A program made the translations under genes and the position numbers. The notes under the pieces were generated by a model. It saw only the letters and a list, made by a program, of their open reading frames with translations. It had not been told where the DNA came from and made no database searches. From the NCBI RefSeq assembly GCF_004010195.1, contig NC_057758.1:6757981-6821980 (forward strand): 64,000 bases of DNA, written 5' to 3'. This document shows positions 37,085 to 49,815 of the stretch, piece by piece. Position 1 is the stretch's first letter, and each line of letters starts with the position of its first letter. This stretch comes from Chiloscyllium plagiosum. Taxonomy: Eukaryota.

Positions 37085-37410
37085 CACCTGAAGTTGGTTC
37101 AGTCTGGGTGAAACTCCATCTTCATTCAGAGATAGATGAGGAGCAGCAACACCTTCTCTGGGGACCAATCAGCAGCTTCACTGTCCAACTTCCACCTTCA
37201 GCCACTAGGGGAGCGCTGATTTGCTGCAGGACCAGATTGCTTCCAGTCCTCCAGGGTTTCGCATTGGCCAATGGTGATGCTAATCAATTGAGGGCTCAAA
37301 CTGCCTCCTGCGCGTGCGCTTTTCTGATGTTTAGCTAAATGAATATATTTATCTGTTTGTAAATAAATCATTTCATCGAGCTTCACCACCACAGCGCATG
37401 CACATTTTTC
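37085..37410 (-). promoter_or_regulatory. Candidate decayed promoter / first exon of the zinc-finger gene
   Basis: CCAAT (37165), palindromic CATTGGCCAATG (37262-37273), NRF1-like TGCGCGTGCGC (37309) and GCGCATGCA (37394), CTCF-like CCACTAGGGGAGCGC (37202), minus-strand CAG|GTGGGG donor at 37088. Confidence 0.35.
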
Positions 37411-38202
37411 CTTTGTACAAATGGGTCTTTGCAACCTGCCAACCCTCTGTGTTCAATCGTCCAGATCAATGAATCCAGGAACAGTCGCGTTTGAAGATCA
37501 TGGATGCTCAGATTTTTTCAGAATGGATTCCCTGCAGTGTTGAAACAGGCCATTTTTCCCAAGAAGTCCACACCGACGCATTACTGAAGGAACTTGAGAT
37601 TGAGGAGCAGGTGTCTGCAATTCAAGCCTGTTCCACCCTTTAATATGACCAGTGCCGATCACACTTCAGCCCTAACTCCACAGGTCAATCTGCTAGTAAT
37701 TCAAACTCTGTCTGTGTCCACTTTTCAATTTAATCAATGAACTGACATCTAACACACTGTGAGAAATGATTCCATTGTTTCAAAACCAGTTGAGGGAATA
37801 ATTCCTCCTCACCATTCTTTTAAATCTGATGCTTCTTAGCCGCAATCTCTTCTATTCTCTCACGATACATGAGTGTGGCTGCCTCGGCGAGAATAAATTC
37901 CCCATTCCTATGTGAGGTGAGCTGCCTTATTGAACCGTTGCAGTCCACGTGCTGTGTGTTAACCCACAATTCCCTCGGGGAGAGAATGCCAGAAGTTTCA
38001 CACAGTGGAGCTGAAGGAATGGCTCATACGTTTGCAGGGTGCTGACTGGCTTGGACAGGAACTTGCAGGGGCTGGGGCTCTCATGTATCTGCTGCTGTTA
38101 TCCTTCCAGATGGAAAAGATCGTGAATTTGGAAGGCACTGTACGACGATCGTTGGTGACTTTCTTCAGGAAATCTTGTAGATCGTCCCCACTGCTGCTTA
38201 AT

Positions 38203-38487
38203 GGCGGCACGGTAGCACAGTGGTTAGCACTGCTAACCCACAGCGCCAGAAATCCGTGTTCAATTCCCAACTCAGCCATCTGTCTGTGTAGAGTTTGCAC
38301 ATTCTCCCTGTGGGTTTCCTCCGGGTTTCTTCCCCCAGGACAAAAATGTGCAGGGAAGGTGAATTGGCTAGCTAAATTGCCCATAGTGTTAGGTGAAAGG
38401 GTAAATGTAGGGAAATAGGTGTGGGTGGGTTACTTTTTGAGTTGATGGGCCCAAGGGCCTGTTTAGAAACTGTAAGTCATCTAATAT
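38203..38487 (+). mobile_element. HE1-type SINE within an older LINE-like fragment (~37870-38620)
   Basis: GGCGGCACGGTAGCACAGTGGTTAGCACTGCT head plus body. Confidence 0.85.
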
Positions 38488-38794
38488 GAACGTCCGTGGT
38501 GGTGGAGGGAATGGATGTGGTAGCAATTAAGCATGCCTAATCATTGTCAAGTTTAAGTGTTGTTGGAGCTGCAGCCATCCAGACAAGTCGGTCATCACAC
38601 TCCCTGACAGGCAACAGCAAGACACAAATTATGTGATTGTTGTTTGTCTCTCACTCCCTCTGAATCTTTCTATTTCCCTTTCTATCTCTCAATTCCAAAG
38701 TATCTTGATTCTCTCTTTCTCTTGCTCAATTTCGATCCCTTGATCTCTGCTGTCTTGATCTCTCTCACAGATCTTCTCTCTGGATAATTGGATT

Positions 38795-39690
38795 TTGGTG
38801 TAACAAGCAAGGATACATCTTGTACAATTAATACTGGGGCTTTAGGTAGTTTTGTAGAACAGTGCGACCGATGCGTTCACTTTATTGTTCTTTAATGTTT
38901 GTGTCAGAGGTGGACAGGATGGTAGAAAATGGTGTTTGGCACGCTTGTTTTCATTCTTTCGTCCTTTCGGTCGAAGAAGTAGGATGATATGTTGATATTG
39001 TACAGGTTATCGATGAGGCCTTTTTGGAATACAGATTCCTGTTCTGGTCGCCCAGTTATAGGAAGGATGTCATCAAGGTGAATGGGGTTCAGGGGAGATT
39101 TACCAGGATTGTGCTGGCTATGGAACGGTTGAGTTATCTGGAAATCGTGGATAGCTAGGGACTTTGTTTCACAGGAGCAGAGGAGGTTGAGAGGGGCAGA
39201 TAAAGTTGGTGGTGGTTGTCTTTTCCCTAAGGTGGGGAATTTCCAGAATTGGAGGGCACATTTTTGAAGAGATAAATTTAAAGCAGACATCAGAGATTAT
39301 TTTCTTACACAGAGGGTGGTTCGCGTGTGGAATGGAACTTCTCAATGAAGTGGTGGAAGTGGATACAATTACTACATTTAAAATACATTTTGATGGAAAC
39401 ATGAAATAGAAAGGTTTGGAGGGAATATGGGACAGTGGCAGGTAGGTCGGACTAGTTTAGTTTGAGATCATGTTTGGCATGGACTTGTTGGACTGGTCGG
39501 TCTGTTTCAGTCCTCTACGTTTATCTCTCCTTCTCTCTCGATGGAAATATGAAATAGAAAGATTTGGAGGAAATATGGGACAGTGGCAGTTAGGTGGGAC
39601 TTGTTCAGTTTGGGATTGTATTTGGTATGGACTTGTTGGACTGGTCGGTCTGTTTCAGTCTTCTATGTTTATCTGTCCATCTCTCTCTCT
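38795..39690 (+). mobile_element. Old CR1 3' fragment with tandemly duplicated 148-bp tail (39392-39539 / 39540-~39690)
   Basis: Decayed RT C-terminus; both tail copies start GATGGAAAnATGAAATAGAAAG. Confidence 0.8.
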
Positions 39691-39959
39691 CTCCCTCTCT
39701 CTCACTGTGAGAACAACAGTGTTGTTCTGACATGAATCAGAACTGTCCAGATTCCCCCGCTGCCATTACCTGGCCCGAGGTGACCTGGGCTGGAGTCCAG
39801 GTGCCCAGGCTGTGTCTATCCATACGCATTCCTCTTTGGCTCAAATGTGCCAGACTCGTCGATGGGGTACAGAGTGCAATGAGGTTTAAACTGACTGTCA
39901 CATTACGCAGCTAATTACACGTGGCGCATCAAGAGCTGTGAACACACAGTTTTGCGACC

Positions 39960-40460
39960 TCTCTCGGTCTATTCCCCAACTGTTTTAATCACTCAGTGTC
40001 TCTCTTTATTGCGGTCACTATTTCTATCCCTCCATCTTACTCTGTCTGTCTTGATCTCTGCAACAGTCCCTCTTCCCTTTTCTTACTGACATTCTCTTTT
40101 TCTCTCCCAATGGCTGCTTTGCTCTGTCTCCTCCTCTCCCTTTCCGTCTTATGGTTTGTCTCTGCCATCTCACTGCCCTCTTACTCAGTGGCTCTCAATC
40201 CTTTCTGTCTCTCACATGTTCTGTCCATCCTTCTTTCTATCTCTATTTCACAGTCTCTATCTCTCGAGCAACAACAACACCACACTTTCCATGCCATTAG
40301 CTCTCATCAATCACAATTTTCCATTCTTCATTTTCCACCTTCTCTCCATGATAGGTCATTCATTGCTAAATACATCACTGACATTTCAACAGACCATCAC
40401 TGAGTAAAGTGATCTGTCTACAGCAATACTACCTTCTCCATTTGTCTCTCTTTCTACTTC
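39960..40460. repeat. CT-rich low-complexity sequence
   Basis: Pyrimidine-rich, degenerate (TC)n. Confidence 0.7.
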
Positions 40461-40472
40461 ACCGTCCATCCC

Positions 40473-41080
40473 TGCACTCTAACTCCCAGTCCCAAAGGGT
40501 GGAAAGGACAATGTATTTAATACACCGTGGCACCAGGCCCTGAGCGTGGAAAAGCTAGTGCGTCTAACAACGTGACAACAGTCCCAGAGCGGGAAGGAAA
40601 GTGTATCTCATGCACTCTGACTCCCAGCCACAGAGGGTGGAAAAGGATGATGTATCTAACACACCTTGGCACCAGTCCCAAAACGAGGAAAGAATAGTGT
40701 GTGTAACACAGTGACACCAGTCCCAAAGCAGTGAAGGAAGGTGTATCTAATGTATTCTGACGCTCGGTCCCAGAGGGTGGAATGGACAATATATCAAACT
40801 CATTGTGACACCCAGTCGCAGAGCGGGGCAAGGGTAGTGCGTCTAATGCACCATGATGTCCGTCCCAAAGGGGGGAAAGAATCGTGCATCTGATGTGTTG
40901 TAACCCCCGATTCCAGAGGACGGAAATGACTCTCTACCTAATGCGCTGAAACCTCCTGTCCCAGCGTGCGAAATGACAGTGTTTCTAATGCACCCTGACT
41001 CCCCTATTCAAGAGGAAGGAAAGGACAGTACATCTAATGCTGGTTCCAGGGGAGTGAAAGGACGGTGTAATTCACTGTGA
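40473..41080. repeat. Degenerate ~46-bp tandem array (~13 units) with ~139-bp higher-order period
   Basis: Recurring CAGTCCCAGAGnGnGGAAAGGAnAGTGTATCTAAT; TGCACTCT-type unit at 40473, 40611 and 40751. Confidence 0.8.
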
Positions 41081-41199
41081 ATGTTGCTTCTTTTCTGGCA
41101 AATGCATAATATGGGACTCAGTGATTGAGTCCCTGGAGGGATCATACAATCTGTCTATCTGGTTAGCTCATGGGTCCACCTCACGTCTGAACATGAATG

Positions 41200-41742
41200 T
41201 TCATATTTCACAACCAACAGCACAGTGAAAGAATCGGCCCTTTGGCCCTCCAAGCCTGCACAACCATATTCTATCCTTCCATACAAAAGCAGTCTTCCCT
41301 TCCTGGTCAGTGCACCTCCCCTCTCTTCCTATCGAGGTGCTTCTTGAATTATGCTATTGTGTCTGATTCCACCACCTCCTCTGGCAACAGACTCCTGACA
41401 CTCACCATCCTTTATGTGAAAAATTGCCTCACACAATTATTTTAAACATCCCCCGCCTCGTAATTTGAACATGCATGCCTGACTAATTGATCGCCTCCAA
41501 CCCAGGAAGAAATAGCCTTATTTTCCACTCTATCCATGCCATTACCAATCTTGTAAACATCTGTTGGATTGTCCCTCAATCTCCTGCGATCCGGTGAAAA
41601 CAAACATAGTCTTGCCAATATTTCTCCATAGCTAAAATCTGACATACCAGACCGCAACCTGCTAAACATTTTCGGTATCCTATCCAAAGCATCCACGTCC
41701 TTCCGATCGTGTGGCATCACAGCTGTATGCAATATTTCAAGT
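41200..41742 (-). mobile_element. CR1 3' fragment
   Basis: PHDRKDVDALDRIPKMFSR...RRRLRDNPTDVYKI. Confidence 0.8.
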
Positions 41743-41744
41743 GT

Positions 41745-43130
41745 CGAAGAGTGTGATGCTGGAAAACCCCAGGCAGTCAGGCAGCGACTGAGGTGCAGGA
41801 GAGTCGATGTTTCCAGCATGAGTCCTTCATCATGACTGAAACTTGTGGATCAAGGGATCTCAGAGATAAAATGCAGGCGTGTGTGGCTGGAGTGGGTGGG
41901 TAGTGGGAGGTAGCTGAGAGTGCAATACTTGAAGTGGGGGCGAAGATGAAAGTTCAGAGAAGAAGGTGGTGCCGATAGGTGGGAATGAAGACGGTCAGGT
42001 CGGACAGATCAAGAAAGCGATGCAGAGTTGGAGGGATGGATTGGGGGCAAGGTAGGTGAGGGAAACTGAGAGAACTGGTGAAATCCAAATTGATCCCATG
42101 TGGTTGGGAGGGGATCCCAAGGCGGAAGAATAGGCGTTCTACTCCCAGGTGTTGGGTGGTTAGGGTTTGGCGATGGAGGTGCCCAGGACTTAGATTAGAT
42201 TAGATTAGATTAGATTACTTACAGTGTGGAAACAGGCCCATCGGCCCAACAAGTCCACGCTGACCCGCCGAAGCGCACCCACCCAGACCCATTCCCCTAC
42301 ACTTACCCCTGCACCTAACACTACAGGCAATTTGCGTGGCCAATTCACCTAATCTGCACGTTTTTGGACTGTGGGAGGAAACCGGAGCACCCGGAGGAAA
42401 CCCACGCAGACACGGGGAGAATGTGCAAACTCCACACAGTCGGTCGCCTGAGGCGGGAATTGAACCCGGGTCTCTGGTGCTGTGAGCTAGCATTGCTAAC
42501 CACTGTGCCACCTTGCCACCCACAAACCCACCCAACGACTTACATGTCGTTGATGGAATGAGTGGAGGAGTTAAAGGGTTCAGCACGAAGAGGTGAGTTC
42601 GGTTGGTGCGGGTGTCCCAGAGATGTTCTCTGAAATGATTCGCAAGCTTGTGTCCTGTCTCCCTAATGTAGGGGAGACCACATCGGGAACAATGGACGCA
42701 GTCGGTGAAATGTGTGCAAGTACAAGAAAAGCTCTGTTAGATGAGGAAGGATCTATTAGGACCTTGGACAGAGGTAATCGAAGAGGTGTGGGCGCAGGTT
42801 CTGCAATTCTTGCGGTGGCTGGGTAACGTGCCAGGCGTGCAGTATGGGATGGCGGGGTGGGGGGGGGTGCGGCGAGGACCTGACAGGGGAGTCACGCAGG
42901 GAATAGTTTTGTACGGAAGGCAAATAGTGGTGCGCAAAATATCCCTGGTGGTAGAGTCTGTGTGCAGGTGGTAGAAATGGGGGAGATTTATCCGGAAGTT
43001 GATGAGGTAACAGGGCTTCTGTTGTTGGAAGTGGAAGGGTAGTCTTCAAGGGCGGAGATGTGGGAAGTTTTTGAGATACACTGGTGGGGATCGTTGACCA
43101 CGTGGGAGCGGAAATTGTGGTCAAATTCCC
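41745..43130 (-). mobile_element. Penelope-like remnant (GIY-YIG and family A-related pseudo-LTR)
   Basis: Minus strand GLPYIRETGHKLANHFREHL; parallels 29670-30880; the 41745-41835 end resembles the fold-back arms. Confidence 0.75.
42190..42521 (-). mobile_element. HE1-type SINE
   Basis: (GATTA)n tail and body on the minus strand. Confidence 0.92.
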
Positions 43131-43134
43131 CACA

Positions 43135-45880
43135 GCATAACTTGACTATCCTTATCCGCAATGTTCTGTCCAATGATGGCAAGCATACCTTCAGCCTTTT
43201 TTCTAACAACCTTATTTACCTGCGCTGCCACAATCAGTGATCAGTACACTAATTCACCCAGAACCCTCTGCAAATCAATACTCCGATGGATGCAGATATC
43301 CACTCTCTAATTTCCACCTGTACTTGACCTTCGAAAATGTAACACCCCACATTTCTCTGGATTAAACTCCATCTGCCATTTCTCTGCCCATTCCTCTAAC
43401 TGTTCGGAATCCTGCTCATCATCTGACAATCCTCCTCATGGTCTGCAGCTTCCCCAATCATTGTATCGTTGGTAAACTTACTAATTAGACCGGCTACGTT
43501 GCCCTCCAAATAATTCACGTAGATCATGAACAGCAGAGGTCATATCGCTGGATCCTGTGGAACACCACCCAATCACAAACCTCCATTGCTAAAAGCATCC
43601 TTCCATCGTTACCCTCTGTCTCCTCCACCAAGGCAGTGCTGCACTTATCTTGCCCGCCCTCTGCGATCTCTCCGATACCACGTGACGTCAGCTTTTGTAC
43701 CAGTCTGCCATAAAGCACCTTACCAAAGGCTGTACCGAAGCCCATTTGGAAATTATCATTCGCTTTTCTCTCATCAATCATTTTCACCATTTCCACAAAA
43801 GGAGGTGTCGGTGTGAGGCCATGGCCAATCTGGAATGTTCGTGCACTGACGAAGGCAATATTCTGGGGCCCCAGTTCCAGTCCTGCCGTGGCAGATCTTG
43901 GAATTTGCACATGACAAATATCTGGAAATAAGGGTTGAATGATGACGATGAATTCATTGTTGGAAAACCCATCTGGTTCACAAATATCTTTCAGGGAAGG
44001 AAGTTGCCATCCATGCCAAGTTTAGCCTATATGTGACTCCAGACCCACAGCAATGTGCTTGACTCCTAACTGCCCTCTAGACAATTAGGGATGGGCAATA
44101 TTTGCTAGTTGAACCAGTGACACGCTCATCCAGTGAATGAATAAACAAAAAAAACCTCGATCCAAATGAGTCAGGCACAATCTCCCCGGTACAAATCCAT
44201 GATGTCATGAATAAGTTAAATTGATCCTAAATCAGGTACGTGAGAAGCTTTTCCTATAATTTCACTGCCACTGATGTGTGATTGACAAGTCTGTCATTTC
44301 CAGGATTATCCCTGCTGCCCTTCATAAATGAAGGGACTAGATTGGCTATTGTGACCAAAGAGACAAAAGTGTCTGTCAATGATCCTGTAGTTTGTTCTCT
44401 TGCCTCAATCAATACTTTGGTTTCGATCCCATCAGGAACCTTTTAAATATGCATGACATCTCATCCTGTTTAATAGTAACTTGTCTTAGAATCTCGACAC
44501 TACCTCTCCTGAGATCACCCTCCTCCAATTCATTCTCATTGCTGAATACTGAGACAAAGAATTCGTTCGGGATCCCACCAACCGCTTCTGGTTCCAGCCA
44601 TGTATTCCCTCCATTGTCCTTGAGTTGGCCAACTCTTTACCGGTTACATTCTTGCTTTTTGTACAAGAATAAAAAACCTTTGAATTCTCCTTCACCCTGT
44701 TTGCTAACGACCTTTCATGACCCCTTTCAGTCCTTTCAATTTCTTGTTTACGCTCTTTCCCACTTTCCTTACTTAGTTCATGGGCTTCATCTGTTGCAAT
44801 CTTACCGACGGTGCGAATGGTTCCTTTCTCTTCCTGACCAAGGTCTTAACATTCCTGGTCATCCTAGGTTCATGTAACTTTCCATTCATATCCCTCATTC
44901 TCCCAGGAATGTGCCACTCCTGAAATCTTGTCAACTTCTGTTTGAAAGAATCACATATGTCCGATGTAGATTAACCCTCAAACAGCCGCCTCCAACCAAT
45001 TTTTTCCAGTTCCTTCCTAATATTGTTGTAGTTTGACTTCCCCCAAATTAAGACCTTCACCAGAAGACTGTTAGAACATAGAACATAGAACATAGAAGAA
45101 TACAGCGCAGTACAGGCCCTTCGGCCCTCGATGTTGCGCCGATCCAAGCCCACCTAACCTACACTAGCCCACTATCCTCCATATGCCTATCCAATGCCCG
45201 CTTAAATGCCCATAATGAGGGAGAGTCCACCACTGCTACTGGCAGGTCATTCCATGAACTCACGACTCGCTGAGTAAAGAACCTACCCCTAACATCTGTC
45301 CTATACCTACCCCCCCTTAATTTAAAGCTATGCCCCCTTGTAATAGCTGACTCCATACGTGGAAAAAGATTCTCACTGTCGACCCTATCTAAACCCCTAA
45401 TCATCTTATACACCTCTATCAAGTCACCCCTAAACCTTCTTTTCTCCAATGAAAACAACCCCAAGTGCCTCAGCCTTTCCTCATACGATCTTTCTACATG
45501 ACCAGGCAACATCCTATCCCTATCCGTGAATATCTTAAAACGCACCGTATTATTGTCACTTCTCCCAAAATTCTCCCTCACTGAAACTTCACCTACTTGG
45601 CCTGGCACTGTTCCTAAACTTCGGTCCGTTCCCAGGATTGACAGTTTACGTATTGTGTCAAGAATCTCTCTTGAATGGTCCTTACAATTTCTGTCCATAC
45701 AGTTTCCTAGCGGGTCGGGGAAGTTAGTCACCCACCACTTCAAGCTTGCTTTCCTATCTTTTCAAGATCTTTCTGTATGTTCTTTCCTCTCTCGCTTGCT
45801 GGTCTTTTGGAGGCCTGCAGTATACACCAAGCATTGTGATTTCTCATTTCCTATACCTGAGTTTTAAGCAATTAATCTTG
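43135..45880 (-). mobile_element. Old CR1 ORF2 fragments (EN-RT)
   Basis: GEVSVRENFGRSDNNTVRFKI, KENSKVFY, FGTAFGKVLYGRLVQKL. Confidence 0.75.
45072..45514 (-). mobile_element. Young CR1/HER1 3' fragment present only in duplicate copy 1
   Basis: (CATAGAA)n tail; empty site GACTGTTGTTATCCCTATCC at ~54568-54587. Confidence 0.93.
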
Positions 45881-48800
45881 CACTGCCCTTGATTCTGTGA
45901 ATTTGCTTTTGAGTATATATATTACACCGAGAATTATTTCTACACCAGGAAATACATCCTTCTCCTCCACATTTCCTATAATGCACTGCAGAGCATTGCC
46001 ATTTCTCCATCTAAGGCCTAGCACTGATTTTACCAATTTCAACCAGTGTGGAGCGGTTCAAGCCACATGCAGGAAAATGTAGGCCTCAGGCTCCATTTCC
46101 AGCAAAGCACTGAATTTAACAATTTCTCCCAAAGTGGGACTTTTGAAGATCCAGACAGGGAGATTTAGATGCAGTCCCCATCTCAGGCTCATGTTTATTG
46201 ATCCTTCATGGAGTCTGGGACTGAGAGCCCCCACATGCATGAACGTCCACAGCAGGAACGTTCCAGGTTCCTTCTTGGCCCAGTACAGCCGAGAATACCA
46301 ATCCCATTCCGAAGCACAGAAAGTTAACACCCAGCAATTAGTGGAAATGAACATACTGGTCTTCTGCTTTGAAGTAAGCCAGGTGACTCAGACCAGTAAG
46401 CCTCATTTGTCCGTTTTCCTAACTTTTCCTTCTGCGACTGACCAAGACCCACAATGTAGTGAAAAGTAAGCCTGGGCATCACTTTTGGGTGTTGACCTTA
46501 CAGAATGCGGTGAAACTAAGGGCCTTCACACTCACAGCTAGATACATGTGCATACAGAGCAGGGGAGTCCGACTCTCCCTTATCGGGCCCTTTCCAAAAC
46601 CAATCGCAAACTTAATGATGGGGGATGAATTGAGACCCACTGTGCTGGGAAGTTTAGACCAAAGATCCAGATCCTGGACCGAGTACTTACAGTCGATATA
46701 TGATTAGCTGAACTCCACAAATCGGTGATAGAGAGCGCAGGTTGAAGTTTGGCCCTAATCCTGAGTGGTCAACTTCACCCCTGGTGTCATTTGGATGGAA
46801 TAATCATCCTACCGCCCACACCATCACTCATAGTGCAGGGGCATGAAGGCTCAAGTTGTGGCTTGGTCCGAGTCAGCCAATGTGATTCGTCGTGGTGGAG
46901 TAACTGAACCACAGCCCATCCGCACCCTGGCAATGCGGCTTTTCGAGGATGCATCGCAAACCTCGTGCTGTGTTCGTCAATTAGCCAATATCTCCACAAT
47001 GCAGTGAAATATCAGCTCAGGATACCTAATGGGCCTAGAGCTGGGATAGCCAATTAACCAGTTTCATTCCCAGCAGTTGACTTAATGCAAGGGAATATAA
47101 GAATGGATGCCTAACAGTCCTAGTACTGAGTGAGCCAATCAGAGTGCAGGACAGATCTTGCCTCTCAGTGCAATGAACTCTCGGCTCCGGTTCCGTTTTA
47201 GAATTGCTTCCCCAATTAGCTGTGCATTTGACTGAGGACTCGATATGGCCCAATTGGTATCATGGGCCACTACTGTGCTGCCTCACCAGCCCCCGGCACC
47301 CAGTTTCCATGATTACCCTCCAAGGCTCCTGAGTGCCCACTTCCAGGAACTCGTCCTCTCCTGGCAACATCATGGTGGAATGGGAGCCCATCAGTCAACT
47401 GTGTTAGCACGGTGCCTCCTGCACCATGTCGTCGGTGAGCAGCAGTAGCACAATGCGAGCCAACACCACATCCACCAGCAGCTGCAGCTCACCATCACCG
47501 TCCTCCAGGGCCTGGGTGTCATCCTGGGCTGCGTCGTGACCCCGGTGGGCTCCAGCAAGGAGGAGGGCAATGGGCAACCCCAAATGGTGCTCCGGCCTAT
47601 TCTTAATATTATGGGCAGGGAGGCCATGCCAGTGCGTGCATCACCACCCACCGGTGAGCAGATTTGTTGGGGATTTGAAGCTTCAGGCCTAGCATCTAGC
47701 ATGAAGACTTAGTCAATGTCAATCATGGTCCAAAAGCATCAGGCCTTGGTTTTAATGGGAGTAAGATTTCAGTATTTCATCGAGGCCTCTCTGACAAACC
47801 TTTCATCCCCAACCCCAGCAAAACAAAGGAGAGACGAGATGTGGCTTCTCAAGTTTGCGCTGTGAGTCACTGGAGTATGGTAGCATGCAGAGTATGGGCT
47901 TGCAGGCAGGATGCTGTGTTGAAATGACTGGGCTACAGAAAGGTTGGGGTTATGCTTGGACAAAGACTGGAGGTGTTCTGCAAATGGTGGTGGAAACGCG
48001 ATGTTGAGCAGCGCCTGAGTGCAGAGTGGATCTCACTTGCATGCAAAAAAGCAGAGATTCTGTAATAAACGCTGCAATTGACACTGACAGACAACAAGGT
48101 TCAGAGACAGAATGAATCCCACTTTCAATGTATGACTAGAAGCGAAGTTCCACAGCCGCAAGATTCGTGAATATGATAATGAGAGGTGGGGGAAAAGGAA
48201 AGGTTCTTGTTCACATCTAGTACCAGGCACTGGATAATGCAGGAGGAATTCAATATTCTCTTACATCATCAGAGATAGACAAAATGCGCTTTGTACAAAC
48301 GTCAATGAACAATCGTCGAACTACTGTCTGAATTACTGCCTTTTTTGTATAAAACCATTCAATAAAGTAGGAAACCGCTAACAAACGATTTTAAAACCAG
48401 CATTTTATTGAACAAAATATTTCGAGGACTCCTCTCTATCCTTATCATTCCCTAAAGGACCTGTCGAAGATGATCACAATTCTTATGAGTGCATCATTCT
48501 CTGCTCTGTCAATGTCGTCATTCAAGATTGTGAGGGCAATCATTGATCAAAGTTACATTTACTCTCAGTATTCTAGAAACAGGACAATGCGTAATTTGAG
48601 CATAGTTTCTGTCTGATCTTTTTTTTGCCATTTATTGATGAGAATTGCTCAGAGAAACAGCAGAAGATCGGAGAAATAATACAAAATGTTCTTCACTTGC
48701 TCCATGATTGGAAATTTCATGCATCGCTTTTAATGATGATGAAGTAAGATTTCGGTCAGATTTCTCAAACAGTTATCTGAAATAACCCAATGATAAATAA

Positions 48801-49815
48801 CAATGAAAGCTTATGTCTAGACTGCAGGTTTCACAGATACTATTGCTCTGGAATGCAATAAAAGATGAACACAGTGAATGGGATAATGTCAAAATGATCG
48901 AATGTCTAAGCAGATTCCGTATTATTTTCGTGGAAAAGGGATCCTCAGGGAAACACTTGTATCTGACAATGTTGTTGTTTGAAGATACATCCACAAAACG
49001 TCAGCATGGAATCTCTGACTTTAATGACGTTTTTACAAGGAAAATTGTCACTACTTTCATTCAGAGACAAATGCATTTGTATTATCTATACTCTCTTTGT
49101 AGATTCCAATTCGGTACGCCTATCTCTCCCAGTCCGGTTGGTGCTTGAACATTGCAGAGACCATGCAAACCCTCGGACAAGACCCAATGCACATAAAACG
49201 AAAGTACTCTAGGGCAGTTTTCGCGATTTGACCATTTCTCCAGCAACTCATGCAATTGCTGTAACTTCCTCTATTTGCAACTCACCAGCTCGTAATACTT
49301 CGGTGTGGGTTCGGGCGAGGGAGTTGGAATATTGCGTTTAACCCTTCGCTGAGCACGATTTTCTGTTTGGAAGAAATGCTAAGTGAATCACTTTCTCCTC
49401 CATTGTGCACAATTCTCACTTTCAAACCATTCCCAGATATCATTATCCAACCTTATTTAAGTACGATTGTAATGGATCACTCTATGGATTAGCTACCCCC
49501 AACCGCCCCCACCTCCGTATTAATCAAAAGAAGTGTAGGTAATACTGAGGGACGTATTCAGGTGAAGGATTCCAGTGATAGATGGATACCTGCAGTATCA
49601 GGAGCTGAATGGTTAACTACACTACGTAAATCAATTTATCTCTGGGCAGAATCCGGCTCTGATGCGAAAAATTAACTTGTAAACAAAAGTTTCACCAGTT
49701 AGATTCCTGCTGCATCGGTTGAGCATCTCACATATTGTTCGAGCTGCACCAATCCGAGCAAATCAGCGAGTATTTCATTATACATCAGACGTCTGCCTTC
49801 AAGATGGTGGATGCG

